Source: a bacterium
GTDB taxonomy: Bacteria; Zhuqueibacterota; Zhuqueibacteria; Residuimicrobiales; Krinioviventaceae
NCBI GenBank assembly: GCA_963675755.2
Contig: CAXXMD010000002.1
Coordinates: 992,001 to 1,056,000, forward strand
Direction of reading: 5' to 3'
DNA: 64,000 bases
Both the position numbers and the translations under genes were made by a program. The notes below the pieces were generated by a model, which saw only the letters and a list, made by a program, of their open reading frames with translations, searched no databases and was not told the origin of the DNA. Shown piece after piece: positions 29,500 through 40,363 of the stretch. The first letter of the stretch is position 1; every line of letters starts with the position of its first letter.

Positions 29500-30249
29500 T
29501 TATCCTCTGTTAATAATTTCCTCGGTTAATTTTCTATAATCTTCTGCTCCCCTGCTTTTGGGCTTGTAATCAAAAATTGACATTCCAAAACTTGGAGCTT
29601 CCGCAAGGCTTATATTTTCACGAATTACTGTTTTAAACATTTTATCTCCAAAATGAGATTCGATTCTTTCTGCAACCTCATTATGAAGACGTTTACGTTT
29701 ATCAAATTGCGTACAAATGATACCTGAAATATCTAATTGAGAATTCAATCGCTTTTTAACAATTTCTACAGTTTCCAAGAGTTTTGCCAAACCCTGCATG
29801 GGTAAAAATTCTGTTTGTAGTGTAATGTAGACCTGTTCAACAGTAGTCAGGGCGTTCAAAGTGAGTAACCCTAAAGATGGTGAACAATCAATTATCAAAT
29901 AATCATAATTTTGAAAATCTTCCAACTTTTCTTTTAAAATAAACTCTCTGCCGGGCATTGTTGAAAATTCTATATCTGCACCACTCAAACTAAGATTTGA
30001 AGGTACTATATCTAAATTCTCTCTTTGAATCAATATTTCAGATAGAGGGATATCTTGTTTTAAAACATCATATATTGTATAATCAAGTTCATGAGCCATT
30101 ACGCCTAAAGAATAGGTCAAGTTTGCCTGGGGATCAAGATCTACTAGCAATACTTTTTTTCCATACATTGCCAGTCCGGCACCAATGTTTACTGCTGTTG
30201 TGGTTTTACCAACTCCACCTTTTTGATTTAATATTGCAATTGAATGCAT
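29500..30249 (-). CDS. ParA/Soj-family ATPase within the che operon
   Basis: NQKGGVGKTTT, DLDPQAN, IIDCSPSLG, LAEAPSFG; no adjacent parB. Confidence 0.93.
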   Translation of the reverse strand: MHSIAILNQKGGVGKTTTAVNIGAGLAMYGKKVLLVDLDPQANLTYSLGVMAHELDYTIYDVLKQDIPLSEILIQRENLDIVPSNLSLSGADIEFSTMPGREFILKEKLEDFQNYDYLIIDCSPSLGLLTLNALTTVEQVYITLQTEFLPMQGLAKLLETVEIVKKRLNSQLDISGIICTQFDKRKRLHNEVAERIESHFGDKMFKTVIRENISLAEAPSFGMSIFDYKPKSRGAEDYRKLTEEIINRG

Positions 30250-30270
30250 TGATATTCCCTTAATGATAAT

Positions 30271-32031
30271 TTAAAACTCTTTCAAAGTGCTTTCATCAGT
30301 TCCATTTTGGGGTCTTTGTAAATCTTCATCAAATGGAATAAGGTTTTTGGGATCAGCTTCACCAACTGATTTAGCTGTCTTTACATTATATTTATTATAG
30401 GACGATTGACCGATAGAAAAGCTATCTCTTTGATTTCTTGAACTTGAAGAATTATATACTTTAGAAGTATGTGATGTAAGAATAAACTGTTCAACCATAC
30501 TTTTAATTTCTTCAGTCTGGCTTGATAATTCTTCAGCAGTACTTGCGGATTCTTCAGAATTGGCAGCATTTTGTTGGGTCAATTGATTCATTTGTTCTAC
30601 AGCAGTAGCAATTTGCCCAATACCTTCATTTTGCTGATCAGAAGCAGCGGTTATTTCTGCCATTACTTCATTTACTTTATTAACATTATCATGAATCTCA
30701 TGAAGACTGGTTAACACTTTATCATTCAGTTGAACACCTTGTTCTGCACTCTTGACAGAATCTTCAATCATCATGGCTGTATTTTTTGCAGCTTCAGCAC
30801 TCCGCATAGCAAGATTTCTAACCTCTTCAGCAACAACAGCAAAACCTTTACCTGCTTCTCCTGCCCTTGCAGCTTCAACCGCAGCATTCAAAGCTAACAG
30901 ATTCGTTTGAAATGCAATTTCATCTATGGTTTTAATAATTTTAAAAGTTTCATCTGATTTGGTTTTTATCATTGTCATGGCATTGGTTAATTCATCCATA
31001 CCAGACATTCCATTAGATGTACTTGTTTGAGCGTTCTCTGTTAAACTTTTGGCTTCTTTAGCATTTGCAGTATTTTGATTAGTCATTGACTTCATTTCCT
31101 GCAAATTACTGGAAACTTCTTCAAGTGAACTTGCTTGTTCAGAAGCACCTTGTGCAATTACCTGACTGCCAGTACTGATTTGATTTGTAGCATTAGCAAT
31201 TTGTTGAACACCTATTGAAACCTGTCCCAATCCATCATCAAGATTGTTCAAGGCTTTATTTAATGATTCTTTGATAGTAGCAAAATCTCCACTATAATCA
31301 CCATTCATGCGGATACTTAGGTCTTGTTCTGCTACTTTTTGCAAAATATTGGATGCTTTTATTACAGGCTCAGAAATAGCATTTAAAAGACCATTTATAC
31401 CTTTAACAATCTCTTGAAATTGACCATTATGCTGTAATTCATCGGCTCTGGCACTCAAATCACCTTTCTGACCTTCATGAAGGAGAATCTTTATTTCATC
31501 AACCAGCTTTTGGATATTCACTTTTAATTGCTGCATTGAAATACCCAGATAATCATTTTCAGATAATATATGAGTATCAACTTTAAAATTTCCTGCAGAC
31601 AATTGTTTTGCTATATTTTCTTTGGCGCTCAAAGTTTCACTGATAATATTGAAAACTTTAGCCAGGTCACCTAATTCATCATTACTCGCTTTTTCAAATG
31701 TTACATTAAAATCGCCTTTGGATATTTTTTCTGCTTTGCTTAATAGCATGGTAACAGGTGACACAAAACTCCGGACCATTAAAAGCATTACCAAAACTAC
31801 AACTGCAATACCTAATCCAAAGGAAATAATATAACTAGTTACATGCATTGATCTGGTTATACCAAAGATATAAGAGTCTACAGCAACAATAGCAATTGCA
31901 CTAAAAAGAAATATGAACAATTTAAATATTAAACTATTCTTCCAGATAATACGACTGGCAATTACCAAACTTGTCCAAGATACTATAACAAGTAATACAT
32001 GAATTAAAACAGGTTTTAAAAAAGATTCCAT
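30271..32031 (-). CDS. Methyl-accepting chemotaxis protein (TM bundle, HAMPs, signalling domain, C-terminal tether)
   Basis: [34 protein letters not shown] hairpin. Flexible tail ends TLKEF, a possible CheR tether. Confidence 0.96.
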   Translation of the reverse strand: MESFLKPVLIHVLLVIVSWTSLVIASRIIWKNSLIFKLFIFLFSAIAIVAVDSYIFGITRSMHVTSYIISFGLGIAVVVLVMLLMVRSFVSPVTMLLSKAEKISKGDFNVTFEKASNDELGDLAKVFNIISETLSAKENIAKQLSAGNFKVDTHILSENDYLGISMQQLKVNIQKLVDEIKILLHEGQKGDLSARADELQHNGQFQEIVKGINGLLNAISEPVIKASNILQKVAEQDLSIRMNGDYSGDFATIKESLNKALNNLDDGLGQVSIGVQQIANATNQISTGSQVIAQGASEQASSLEEVSSNLQEMKSMTNQNTANAKEAKSLTENAQTSTSNGMSGMDELTNAMTMIKTKSDETFKIIKTIDEIAFQTNLLALNAAVEAARAGEAGKGFAVVAEEVRNLAMRSAEAAKNTAMMIEDSVKSAEQGVQLNDKVLTSLHEIHDNVNKVNEVMAEITAASDQQNEGIGQIATAVEQMNQLTQQNAANSEESASTAEELSSQTEEIKSMVEQFILTSHTSKVYNSSSSRNQRDSFSIGQSSYNKYNVKTAKSVGEADPKNLIPFDEDLQRPQNGTDESTLKEF

Positions 32032-32050
32032 ACTGCTACTCTCTAATTTT

Positions 32051-32530
32051 TCAGGCTGTTAATTGTTCAACATTTGACATTAAAGCATCAATTTCCTGAG
32101 TAATCACATTTTCAATATCAAGTAGTATGGTAACTCTGTTTTGCATTTTACCTAAAGCAAGAATAAAGTCTGTATTAATTGCAGTTCCAAAATCGGGTGT
32201 GCTTTCAATATTTTCATCGTGAATATCAATAACTTCTTTAACCTGATCAACCAAAAGTCCCATTCTAACTTTGGACGTTTGAATGATTATTATAACAGAT
32301 TCATCATCAACAGGCTTTGGAGAGATGCCAAAACGACTACGGAGATCCATAATGGGAATAACCTGATCACGCAAATTGATCAAACCCAGAATAAAATCAG
32401 GTGTTTGCGGTATTTCACGTATCTCCATATATTTAATGATTTCTACAATTTTTAATATTTCAATTCCATATTCTTCATGTGCAATTTGAAAAGTTAAATA
32501 TTTTCCGCTTAGAGATTCTTTATTTTCCAT
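32051..32530 (-). CDS. cheW: CheW
   Basis: [21 protein letters not shown]. Confidence 0.95.
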   Translation of the reverse strand: MENKESLSGKYLTFQIAHEEYGIEILKIVEIIKYMEIREIPQTPDFILGLINLRDQVIPIMDLRSRFGISPKPVDDESVIIIIQTSKVRMGLLVDQVKEVIDIHDENIESTPDFGTAINTDFILALGKMQNRVTILLDIENVITQEIDALMSNVEQLTA

Positions 32531-32549
32531 AATAAAACTCCATATATAT

Positions 32550-32669
32550 TAGTTTATTGGCAGATGGCATTCTTACCGCCATTTCTAATTTTTTGTCAAT
32601 TCCCTTTAATTCCCAAAAAAGTTACATTTTTCAAACAACCAATAAGAAAACTTGTCCACCAATAAACTA
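32550..32669 (-). other. Putative structured intergenic RNA between MCP and cheW
   Basis: 11-bp perfect inverted repeat, extended by G-U pairs on the coding strand only, enclosing two further stems. Confidence 0.4.
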
Positions 32670-32677
32670 TATCATCA

Positions 32678-34516
32678 TCATTGTGGTGTTAATTTAAATT
32701 TCTCAATCATGCTACGCATATCTGCAGATTGGCTAGCCAATTCTTCAGCAGAACTTGCAGACTCTTCAGAATTTGCAGCAGTTTGTTGCGTAACCTGATT
32801 CATTTGTTCAACAGCAGAGTTAACTTGATCAATACCCTGATTCTGTTCATTAGAAGCAGCAGCAATTTCTGCCATAACTTCACCAACTTTGATCACGCGT
32901 TCATTAATTTCCATCAAATTACTGAGCACTTTTTCATTCAACTCCACACCGTTGTTAGCATTCTTGACAGATTCTTCAATTAAAGTCGAAGTATCTTTGG
33001 CTGCTTCGGCACTTCGCATTGCCAAATTTCTTACTTCTTCAGCAACTACAGCAAATCCTTTACCTGCTTCACCTGCACGGGCCGCTTCAACTGCAGCATT
33101 CAATGCCAGCAAATTGGTTTGAAATGCAATTTCATCAATTGTTTGAACAATTTTTGATGTTTCATCTGATGAATCTTTAATCTTTTCAATTGCTATTGAC
33201 AAATCATTCATGCTGTCAACACCAGTTGAAGTACTATCCTGGGCACTTTGAGCAAGATTTTTAGCTTCATTTGCATTTGCAGTGGTACGGCTAATGCTTG
33301 ATGACATTTCCTGTAAACTACTTGAGACTTCTTCAAGAGAACTTGCCTGATCTGAAGCACCGTTTGCTACGGATTGACTACCATTACTGATTTCACGTGA
33401 AGCCACGGAAACCTGACCAACCATATTCGCAACTTTACCAAGACTATCATCAAGATGATCGAGTGCAACATTCAAGGTATTAATAATTTCTGCATGTTTT
33501 CCTTTAAAATCACCTTTAACGCGAACACACAGATCATGATTTGCTACCTGATTTAATACTTTAACTAATTCATTTATGGGGCCTAATAATGCATCCAGGG
33601 TATCATTAAAACCATGGATAATTTTTGCAAAGTCACCACCATGTTTGCTTGCATCTGCACGGTAATCAAGATCACCGCGAACAGCAGCATCAGCAAGTGT
33701 ATTGGCATCACTAACAACAGCTTGCACGCTGGCTTTCATTGTATTCATAGCAATACCCAAAGTATCATCATCAGATAATACATGAACATCAACATTGAGA
33801 TTTCCCTGTGAAATCTGATAAGCAACATCTGCACGTTGTTTCTGTGATGTGATCATCTCAGAAAAGGAATCTGCCAATTCTCCAATCTCATCGTTCCGTG
33901 AAATGTTAATCTCTGTGTCCAATTTACCTAATGCAAACTCTTTAGCAATTTTGGTAATTTTTTTAATGGGATTCACAATCATATTTGAAACTATAATAGT
34001 TATAGCAACAAATATTGCAATCATAATAATTGCTAAAATAATTGTAGTACCCTGAGCAGCAGCCAATGCTTTATTACGCTCCTCAAGATGGATACCAATT
34101 GTCATGTTACCTAATTCGGAACCTTCTTCACCAACAGCGCGTTGATAAAAGATTTCATTCTTGATTTTTTTCAATCCTTCTTCAGACTTGTCTGAAATTT
34201 CAGGTACACCTTCGTCACGATAAACAAAAATTTCCGTACCTGCTTTATTCGATACTGAAACATAAGAAATATTTTTTTGAGCGGTAAATGCTGTCATTGA
34301 ATTTCCTACTTCATCAGCATCATCAAATTCCAAACCCAAAGTAACTGCTTCACTGGCAATATCAGTCATCACTTGAAGTGATGATTTTAAATTTTTGTCT
34401 AATGCAGTTTTTGTAATATTAGAATTAATAAAAATAACTCCTAGCATCAAAACAATAATCGTCGCAATAAAGTACACCAGCATCTTTGATCGTAATCCAA
34501 GAGCATTCAAGTTCAT
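32678..34516 (-). CDS. Methyl-accepting chemotaxis protein (periplasmic sensor, HAMPs)
   Basis: Two TMs flank a ~120-aa sensor; conserved signalling hairpin. Confidence 0.96.
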   Translation of the reverse strand: MNLNALGLRSKMLVYFIATIIVLMLGVIFINSNITKTALDKNLKSSLQVMTDIASEAVTLGLEFDDADEVGNSMTAFTAQKNISYVSVSNKAGTEIFVYRDEGVPEISDKSEEGLKKIKNEIFYQRAVGEEGSELGNMTIGIHLEERNKALAAAQGTTIILAIIMIAIFVAITIIVSNMIVNPIKKITKIAKEFALGKLDTEINISRNDEIGELADSFSEMITSQKQRADVAYQISQGNLNVDVHVLSDDDTLGIAMNTMKASVQAVVSDANTLADAAVRGDLDYRADASKHGGDFAKIIHGFNDTLDALLGPINELVKVLNQVANHDLCVRVKGDFKGKHAEIINTLNVALDHLDDSLGKVANMVGQVSVASREISNGSQSVANGASDQASSLEEVSSSLQEMSSSISRTTANANEAKNLAQSAQDSTSTGVDSMNDLSIAIEKIKDSSDETSKIVQTIDEIAFQTNLLALNAAVEAARAGEAGKGFAVVAEEVRNLAMRSAEAAKDTSTLIEESVKNANNGVELNEKVLSNLMEINERVIKVGEVMAEIAAASNEQNQGIDQVNSAVEQMNQVTQQTAANSEESASSAEELASQSADMRSMIEKFKLTPQ

Positions 34517-34550
34517 TAATTTTCCTCCATCCTTTTTGGTAATAATAAAA

Positions 34551-37094
34551 TTATTCCTGCAACATTTTCGTATTTACAACCTTGGGGTCAACTTCACGCG
34601 CAAGCGTTGTCAATTCCGATGTATCAAGAATTAATCCTACTTGCCCATCACCTAAAATTGCACCTCCGGAAATTCCTTTACTACCGCCCATTTCTTCACC
34701 CAATGACTTTGTAACAACTTGTTGTTGACCCAATAATTGGTCTACCAACAAGGCGCAACGTCTATCACCATCACCAACAATGACCAGTAAACCTTCAGTT
34801 GGATCATGTATAGCATCCGGTATATCAAACAAATTATATAATCGGAAAATAGGAATAAGTTCATTTTGGAACATTACCATTTCCCCTTTTTCTGCAACCG
34901 TAAAAATAGCATCTTTTGCGGGTCTAAAACTCATATGAATATTGATAATAGGAACAATATATCTTTCAACACCTATTTTTACAAGCATACCATCAATGAT
35001 TGCAATGGTTAATGGGAATATCATTGTAAACGTAGTACTTTTTCCTTGAACGGTATCGATATCAATTCGTCCACGTAATTCTTCAATATTCTTTTTTACA
35101 ACATCAAGACCTACACCCCGGCCCGAAACATTTGTCACTTTTTCTGCTGTTGAAAAACCAGGAGCAAATATCAAGTTAAAAACATCGCTATCAGTCAGGT
35201 TTTTATCATTTTCAATAATACCTTTTTCAATTGCTTTGTTTAAAATTTTAACCCGATCAAGACCTCGGCCATCATCCTGGATCCTGATCATAACATTTCC
35301 ACCTGAATGAAATGCAGACATTACGAGTGTACCTACCCGTGATTTTCCCAAATTCTCTCTTTCATCTGCATGTTCAATACCATGATCAACAGCATTTCTG
35401 ATCATATGTACCAACGGATCTTTGATCAGCTCAACCATTTTACGGTCAATTTCTGTATCTTCTCCCTGGATTACAAGATTTACTTTTTTTCCGGTTTTAG
35501 TGGCTGTATCCCTAACAAGACGAGACATTTTTTGAAATGTACCCGCCAAAGGAATCATTCGCATAGACATACTAAGATCTTGAAGATCCCTTACAATTTT
35601 TCCAGCATGAATTACTTTACGGGTAAATTCAGCTTGTTTTTCATCTATAACAATTTCATCTTGAGAAATCATAGAATGGGCAATAACCAATTCTCCGATC
35701 ATTTCAATCAACCCATCAAGACGTTCAGTTCGCACCCTTACAAAATTATCTTTGGGAGTTGATGTAGATGCCGTATCTTGAATTGGAGTTGGCAATTCAA
35801 CTTTGGGGGGAGCTCCATTGCTTTTTGGTGCTGCAGCAACAGGAGCAGCTGCCTTTGGTGCATCCTGAACTTTTTCCGGTTCTACAGAAGGTGCTGCCTC
35901 TGAGGCTTTAGATGGGGATTGAGCAGCCGGTGCTTCATCACTATCAGAAGCTTCTGCATTTGCCAATTCATCTAAAAGTTCATCATAGCCTTGAGGTTTA
36001 ACTAATGGATTCCCATCAAGGGCCATTTCAACCGATTGTACTAATATTTTAACCATATCGATACCACGCAAAGAAAGATCTGCATTAGCACCGGTGCAGG
36101 TAATTTCTCCATCACGGATTCTACTAAAAAAAGATTCAGCTACATGTGCAAAGTGTGATGAAAGATCAAGCTGTAAAAATCCTGAAGTACCTTTGATTGT
36201 ATGAAAAGCCCGAAACACAACATTAATTGCTTCAGAATCATGCGGATTGTTTTCAAGCTGTAACAATGCGGATTCAGCATCTTCAAGATATTCATTAGAT
36301 TCAGCTATAAATTCGTTTATAATATCGCTATCAAAATCACTCGGCAATTCATAAACTTGTTGAGTAACCACTTCTTGTTCTGTAGATTTTTCTTTTTCCG
36401 GGGCTTTCTTTTTCTTTGTTGGCTGCACTTCTTCCAACACTTCAAGTGTATTGCCCAGTAAATCATTAATTTCGATCAATTCATCATCAGTTGTTTCATG
36501 CTTTTCATCCAGCATTAAATCTAATTTACTCAGAACAATATTTATATCTTCCGTTACCTGTTCAGGTACAGAGGAATCATTTTTCACCTTAACCAAAGAT
36601 TCATGAATATTTTCAAATTCTTTACGGTCATTCGGTCCAAGTTGCATTAGTAACGCTGCAACATCATTCAAGATCATTTCAGAAGTTTGATTGCTGAGTA
36701 ATTTTTCAGTTTCTGATAAATAAGGCGAGTGCTCAGGATTACGGCCTAATACAATCCATAATTCATGCCCTGATTGAAAGATTGAATTTTTAATTTTTTC
36801 TTCATCATCCGTATCCAAAGCCTTTGCAATAGCGTGTATTGAAGAACCTGCTTTAGTTTTAAATGCTTCAGGATCTTTATGCTCATTATTATATAAATCT
36901 TGCAATCCTTCAAGACACATGAGAAAAATTGCAATCAATTCAACAAAATCATCAGGAATTTGAGATTTTATTGTTTCAAGCTCCATCCCAACAGTAACAA
37001 TATCCTGTTGGTTTCCTGGATCAATACTTTCAAGTTGATCAGCATATTTGGAAATATCATTAACTAATTTTTCATCAAGCCGTACAATATCCAA
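34551..37094 (-). CDS. cheA: Chemotaxis histidine kinase CheA
   Basis: HPt [35 protein letters not shown]-terminal CheW domain. Confidence 0.97.
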   Translation of the reverse strand: MDIVRLDEKLVNDISKYADQLESIDPGNQQDIVTVGMELETIKSQIPDDFVELIAIFLMCLEGLQDLYNNEHKDPEAFKTKAGSSIHAIAKALDTDDEEKIKNSIFQSGHELWIVLGRNPEHSPYLSETEKLLSNQTSEMILNDVAALLMQLGPNDRKEFENIHESLVKVKNDSSVPEQVTEDINIVLSKLDLMLDEKHETTDDELIEINDLLGNTLEVLEEVQPTKKKKAPEKEKSTEQEVVTQQVYELPSDFDSDIINEFIAESNEYLEDAESALLQLENNPHDSEAINVVFRAFHTIKGTSGFLQLDLSSHFAHVAESFFSRIRDGEITCTGANADLSLRGIDMVKILVQSVEMALDGNPLVKPQGYDELLDELANAEASDSDEAPAAQSPSKASEAAPSVEPEKVQDAPKAAAPVAAAPKSNGAPPKVELPTPIQDTASTSTPKDNFVRVRTERLDGLIEMIGELVIAHSMISQDEIVIDEKQAEFTRKVIHAGKIVRDLQDLSMSMRMIPLAGTFQKMSRLVRDTATKTGKKVNLVIQGEDTEIDRKMVELIKDPLVHMIRNAVDHGIEHADERENLGKSRVGTLVMSAFHSGGNVMIRIQDDGRGLDRVKILNKAIEKGIIENDKNLTDSDVFNLIFAPGFSTAEKVTNVSGRGVGLDVVKKNIEELRGRIDIDTVQGKSTTFTMIFPLTIAIIDGMLVKIGVERYIVPIINIHMSFRPAKDAIFTVAEKGEMVMFQNELIPIFRLYNLFDIPDAIHDPTEGLLVIVGDGDRRCALLVDQLLGQQQVVTKSLGEEMGGSKGISGGAILGDGQVGLILDTSELTTLAREVDPKVVNTKMLQE

Positions 37095-37103
37095 AATAAA
37101 CTC

Positions 37104-37610
37104 CTATTTTCTTTTACCATGAAACTTGCCGGAGGTCAGGTTTAGTGCAAAACCGCCCAGGCTGGATTCATAGTGTAATTGTATACGTGGTAAACGGTCA
37201 GGAACATGTACTTCCATTTGACTGCCGCGTGCAACTGTTGGTAAAGACATATCTACAGAAGCGCCAATTGCATCCAGTTGAGCTACAATATCACCAGCCA
37301 ATACATTAATTAATTCACCGGTAACATCGTCCATATCCACAGAATCATAGTCAATATCAAAACCTGCAAATCTTTTTGCAAAATTAATTGCTGTATCTTT
37401 GGGCATACCTAAAGAAACTGACCAAGACAGGTCACCAATCAAAGAGATGATTCCAACAATTCCTTCAGACATCCACAAACCATCGCCTTGTTTTTCACCG
37501 GTAAACTTTAATGAACCATCGTCAATAAAGAAAAAAGAGATATCAATTGATTTTTTCAAACATTCGATATGCACAGCAGAAAAATCTTCAGAGTTATAAT
37601 TATCAGACAT
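37104..37610 (-). CDS. cheX: CheX-family phosphatase
   Basis: GIISLIG, DVTGELINVLAG, SLPTVARG. Confidence 0.85.
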   Translation of the reverse strand: MSDNYNSEDFSAVHIECLKKSIDISFFFIDDGSLKFTGEKQGDGLWMSEGIVGIISLIGDLSWSVSLGMPKDTAINFAKRFAGFDIDYDSVDMDDVTGELINVLAGDIVAQLDAIGASVDMSLPTVARGSQMEVHVPDRLPRIQLHYESSLGGFALNLTSGKFHGKRK

Positions 37611-37643
37611 TTTAATCCTCTTTACTTTTTTTTTTCAATTCAA

Positions 37644-38069
37644 CTAACCCAAGTTATGAAAAAAGCCTGCTGCTTTGCTGCCTTTATTCAATTTATCAAC
37701 AATAGGTACCAATTTTTTACGTAATTCAAGTGTGGTAAAGGGTTTACATATATAACTGTTTGCACCAGCATCGGAAGCATCAGTCATTTTCCCCATAGTT
37801 TTTTCACTGGTGATCATAATAAATGGAATAGATTCAGTTCCACCTTTGGCTCTCGCCTGGTTTACAAATTCAATTCCATCCATATTTGGCATATGGATGT
37901 CTACAAAAGCAATATCAAACTTTTTGGGACTAAACTTTCTTAAAGCATCTTTACCATCTGACGCCTCAGTAAAGACAAATTCAGCAAGCCCAGTTCGTTT
38001 CAGATTCTCCATCACCATATTTCTCATTACTCGTGAGTCATCAACCACCAGAGCTCTTAGTTTAAGCAT
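37644..38069 (-). CDS. cheY: CheY-like response regulator
   Basis: VDDS, DIHMP, ITSE, KPF; extra C-terminal tail. Confidence 0.85.
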   Translation of the reverse strand: MLKLRALVVDDSRVMRNMVMENLKRTGLAEFVFTEASDGKDALRKFSPKKFDIAFVDIHMPNMDGIEFVNQARAKGGTESIPFIMITSEKTMGKMTDASDAGANSYICKPFTTLELRKKLVPIVDKLNKGSKAAGFFHNLG

Positions 38070-38104
38070 ATTAAAAGTCTCCTATATTTATTTTTATTTT
38101 TATT

Positions 38105-38434
38105 TTATACAGAAAAATCCACCTTATTGCCAACATCTAATTCATCCGTTTTTCTATTTTGGCTTTGCAAAGATTGTTCCTTTTCATCGCTTTCACTGGA
38201 ATCTTTTTCTTCAGAATCATCATTTTTATTACTTTTTTCGTAATGATCCTGAAATTTCTTATTTTTATCTCGTTTTATAATTTGTTTCTTTTGATCAGGA
38301 CCCTTGTTGGTAAATTCCAAGGAAGAATGATCCGCAGAATTATCAGCCACATTGGTTTTTGGTGTTTCTACTACCTTTTCCAGATGTGAAACATGTATAT
38401 TGATATTTTGAGGTATGTCCACAGGTGTTGACAT
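38105..38434 (-). CDS. Hypothetical hydrophilic protein
   Basis: Co-oriented, has an RBS (AGGTGA), fills the fliA-cheY gap, ends GNKVDFSV. Confidence 0.6.
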   Translation of the reverse strand: MSTPVDIPQNINIHVSHLEKVVETPKTNVADNSADHSSLEFTNKGPDQKKQIIKRDKNKKFQDHYEKSNKNDDSEEKDSSESDEKEQSLQSQNRKTDELDVGNKVDFSV

Positions 38435-38461
38435 ACAGTCACCTTTAAATCATTTAATACG

Positions 38462-39238
38462 TTATACATGATGTAAATCACGCTTTATTATTTTCGTCTT
38501 TAAAAGCAATAAAGATTGAGCGTGAATTTGGCAAACACGAGACTCGGTAACATCCAGAACAGATGCAATATCCGCCAGATTCAGACCTTCATAATAATAA
38601 AGTGTTAAAACCAGTCTTTCTTTAGTGGGCAGATCCTTTAAAATCCCTTTTATCTGCTTTTCCAGTTCTTCTGTAGATTGGCGCCAGTAGTCATCGTTCT
38701 GTTGATTTTCAACAAAACTATCAAGGCTGGCGTTACCCTCCTCATGCTGAAAAACTATATCTTGTAAAGAAACAAACCTGTCGGTATAGACAGATTCTAA
38801 AATTTTCCTATACTCTTCAACAGATATATCAAGCTTTTCTGCAACTTCATCTTCAGTAGGGTTTCGTACCAACTTGTTTTGAAGCTCAGCAATTGCTTTA
38901 TATACTGATTTTACATTGCTGCGAACCTTGCGGGGCGCCCAGTCAATTTCTCGCAACACATCAAGTATTGCACCCCGTATCCTGAATGTAGCAAATGTTG
39001 TAAATTTAATATTCCGGTCAGGATCAAAACGATCAATCGCCTCAATAAGTCCAATAGTACCAGCGCTAACCAGATCTTCCCAATCGATAACACCGGAATT
39101 ATATGACTGAAATCCTTTTGCTACATAGCCTACAAGATGTTGGTAGTGATAAACCAACTTGTCCCGTAGTGTACGGTTCTTCGTTGCAGCATATTCTTGC
39201 CATAAATTATTTAAATTTTCTTCTGACATTACATTCAA
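38462..39238 (-). CDS. fliA: Flagellar sigma factor FliA (sigma28)
   Basis: GLIEAIDRFD, FRIRGAILDVLREIDWAPR, VTESRVCQIH. Confidence 0.97.
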   Translation of the reverse strand: MNVMSEENLNNLWQEYAATKNRTLRDKLVYHYQHLVGYVAKGFQSYNSGVIDWEDLVSAGTIGLIEAIDRFDPDRNIKFTTFATFRIRGAILDVLREIDWAPRKVRSNVKSVYKAIAELQNKLVRNPTEDEVAEKLDISVEEYRKILESVYTDRFVSLQDIVFQHEEGNASLDSFVENQQNDDYWRQSTEELEKQIKGILKDLPTKERLVLTLYYYEGLNLADIASVLDVTESRVCQIHAQSLLLLKTKIIKRDLHHV

Positions 39239-39262
39239 ATCCGGTTTTCAAGCATCCCGTAA

Positions 39263-39529
39263 TTATATATTCATTGCAGCCTTTTCAGACCCTACATTTT
39301 CAGTTTCCATAGATTCATAATCTTCTTCTGAATCCAGTTCTTCTTCATCTTCAGCAGTTTTCATGGTAACAGAAGTTAAACCCATTGCTGCATAACCAAT
39401 TAAATTTGTAGCAACAAAAATAACAACTGTCTTCCAGATTGTTGCTTCAAAATCGGCACCAGTAAACATGCAATACACCAAAATGAGTAATGCAATCAAT
39501 CCGCTTATCGATGTAATAATATCTTTCAT
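39263..39529 (-). CDS. Small two-TM hypothetical protein with an acidic tail
   Basis: RBS GAGGA; two hydrophobic segments; lies between flhG and fliA. Confidence 0.65.
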   Translation of the reverse strand: MKDIITSISGLIALLILVYCMFTGADFEATIWKTVVIFVATNLIGYAAMGLTSVTMKTAEDEEELDSEEDYESMETENVGSEKAAMNI

Positions 39530-39544
39530 GGCAGTTCCTCGCTT

Positions 39545-40360
39545 TTATACGGTTTGATTGTTTTCGACAGTATTTCCAATTAATATTTTTGCAACAGTTA
39601 GCATATTCTGACTAGCAACAGAATTTTTATTTAATAACATAAAAGGTTCTTGTTTGATTACCGATTGTCTGACAGCCTGGTCAAATAACAGATAACCGGC
39701 AATGCCAACACTCGTATCGAGGAAATGTTCCAAAACAAGCGACAACCGTTGGTATACATCAGTAACTTCTGACGGTGATGTAACCATATTTAACAAGAGA
39801 TCAATTGATATATTTTTTTTCATCGAATTTAAAATTTTAATCATAGCATAAGTATCATTAATAGCAGTTGGTTCCGACGTTGTTATTAAAATGACCTTGT
39901 CTGCTTTGATAGATATTTCAAGAGAAATAGGCGATAATCCGCCAGCAGTATCTATAATGATATAATCATATTTATTACGTAATTTGAAGAATAACTCGAA
40001 TATTTTTGAATTCAAGCTTTTATCAAGATCAAGCCAATTGCGATTACCAGAGCTGTTTGGAAGAATGGAAATTCCACTTGAATGTTTAATGATAATTTTT
40101 TCAACATTAATGTCATCAAGTATATAGTTTAAAAAATTGAACTTTGGGTTCATACCCAACAGAATGTCAATATTTGCAAGATTCGTATCTGCATCGATTA
40201 CCAGCACATTTTTGCCCAGTTTGGAAAGCGCAATTGCCAAATTTACAGATACATTTGATTTTCCAACACCACCTTTTCCACTTGTAACAGCAATGGTCTT
40301 AGCCTGAGTCTTGGAACTCGAGTTGATCATTTCTTTTATATGTTTCAACTGGTCTTGCAT
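39545..40360 (-). CDS. flhG: MinD-like ATPase FlhG/FleN
   Basis: SGKGGVGKS, DADTNLAN, EPTAINDTYAMIK; follows flhF. Confidence 0.92.
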   Translation of the reverse strand: MQDQLKHIKEMINSSSKTQAKTIAVTSGKGGVGKSNVSVNLAIALSKLGKNVLVIDADTNLANIDILLGMNPKFNFLNYILDDINVEKIIIKHSSGISILPNSSGNRNWLDLDKSLNSKIFELFFKLRNKYDYIIIDTAGGLSPISLEISIKADKVILITTSEPTAINDTYAMIKILNSMKKNISIDLLLNMVTSPSEVTDVYQRLSLVLEHFLDTSVGIAGYLLFDQAVRQSVIKQEPFMLLNKNSVASQNMLTVAKILIGNTVENNQTV

Positions 40361-40363
40361 GTT

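Noticed and set aside
32672-32680. Three tandem TGA codons ending the MCP
   Set aside because: Neither readthrough nor the shifted frame gives a meaningful extension; no selenoprotein context.
30520-33360. Nucleotide similarity between the two MCP signalling domains
   Set aside because: Expected paralog conservation, not a repeat element.
38084-38108. (TATTTT)-like repeats
   Set aside because: Low-complexity AT spacer; too short for a CRISPR or a contingency locus.
38335-38370. GCTGATAA, a sigma28 -10-like motif before cheY
   Set aside because: No -35 element at the correct spacing.
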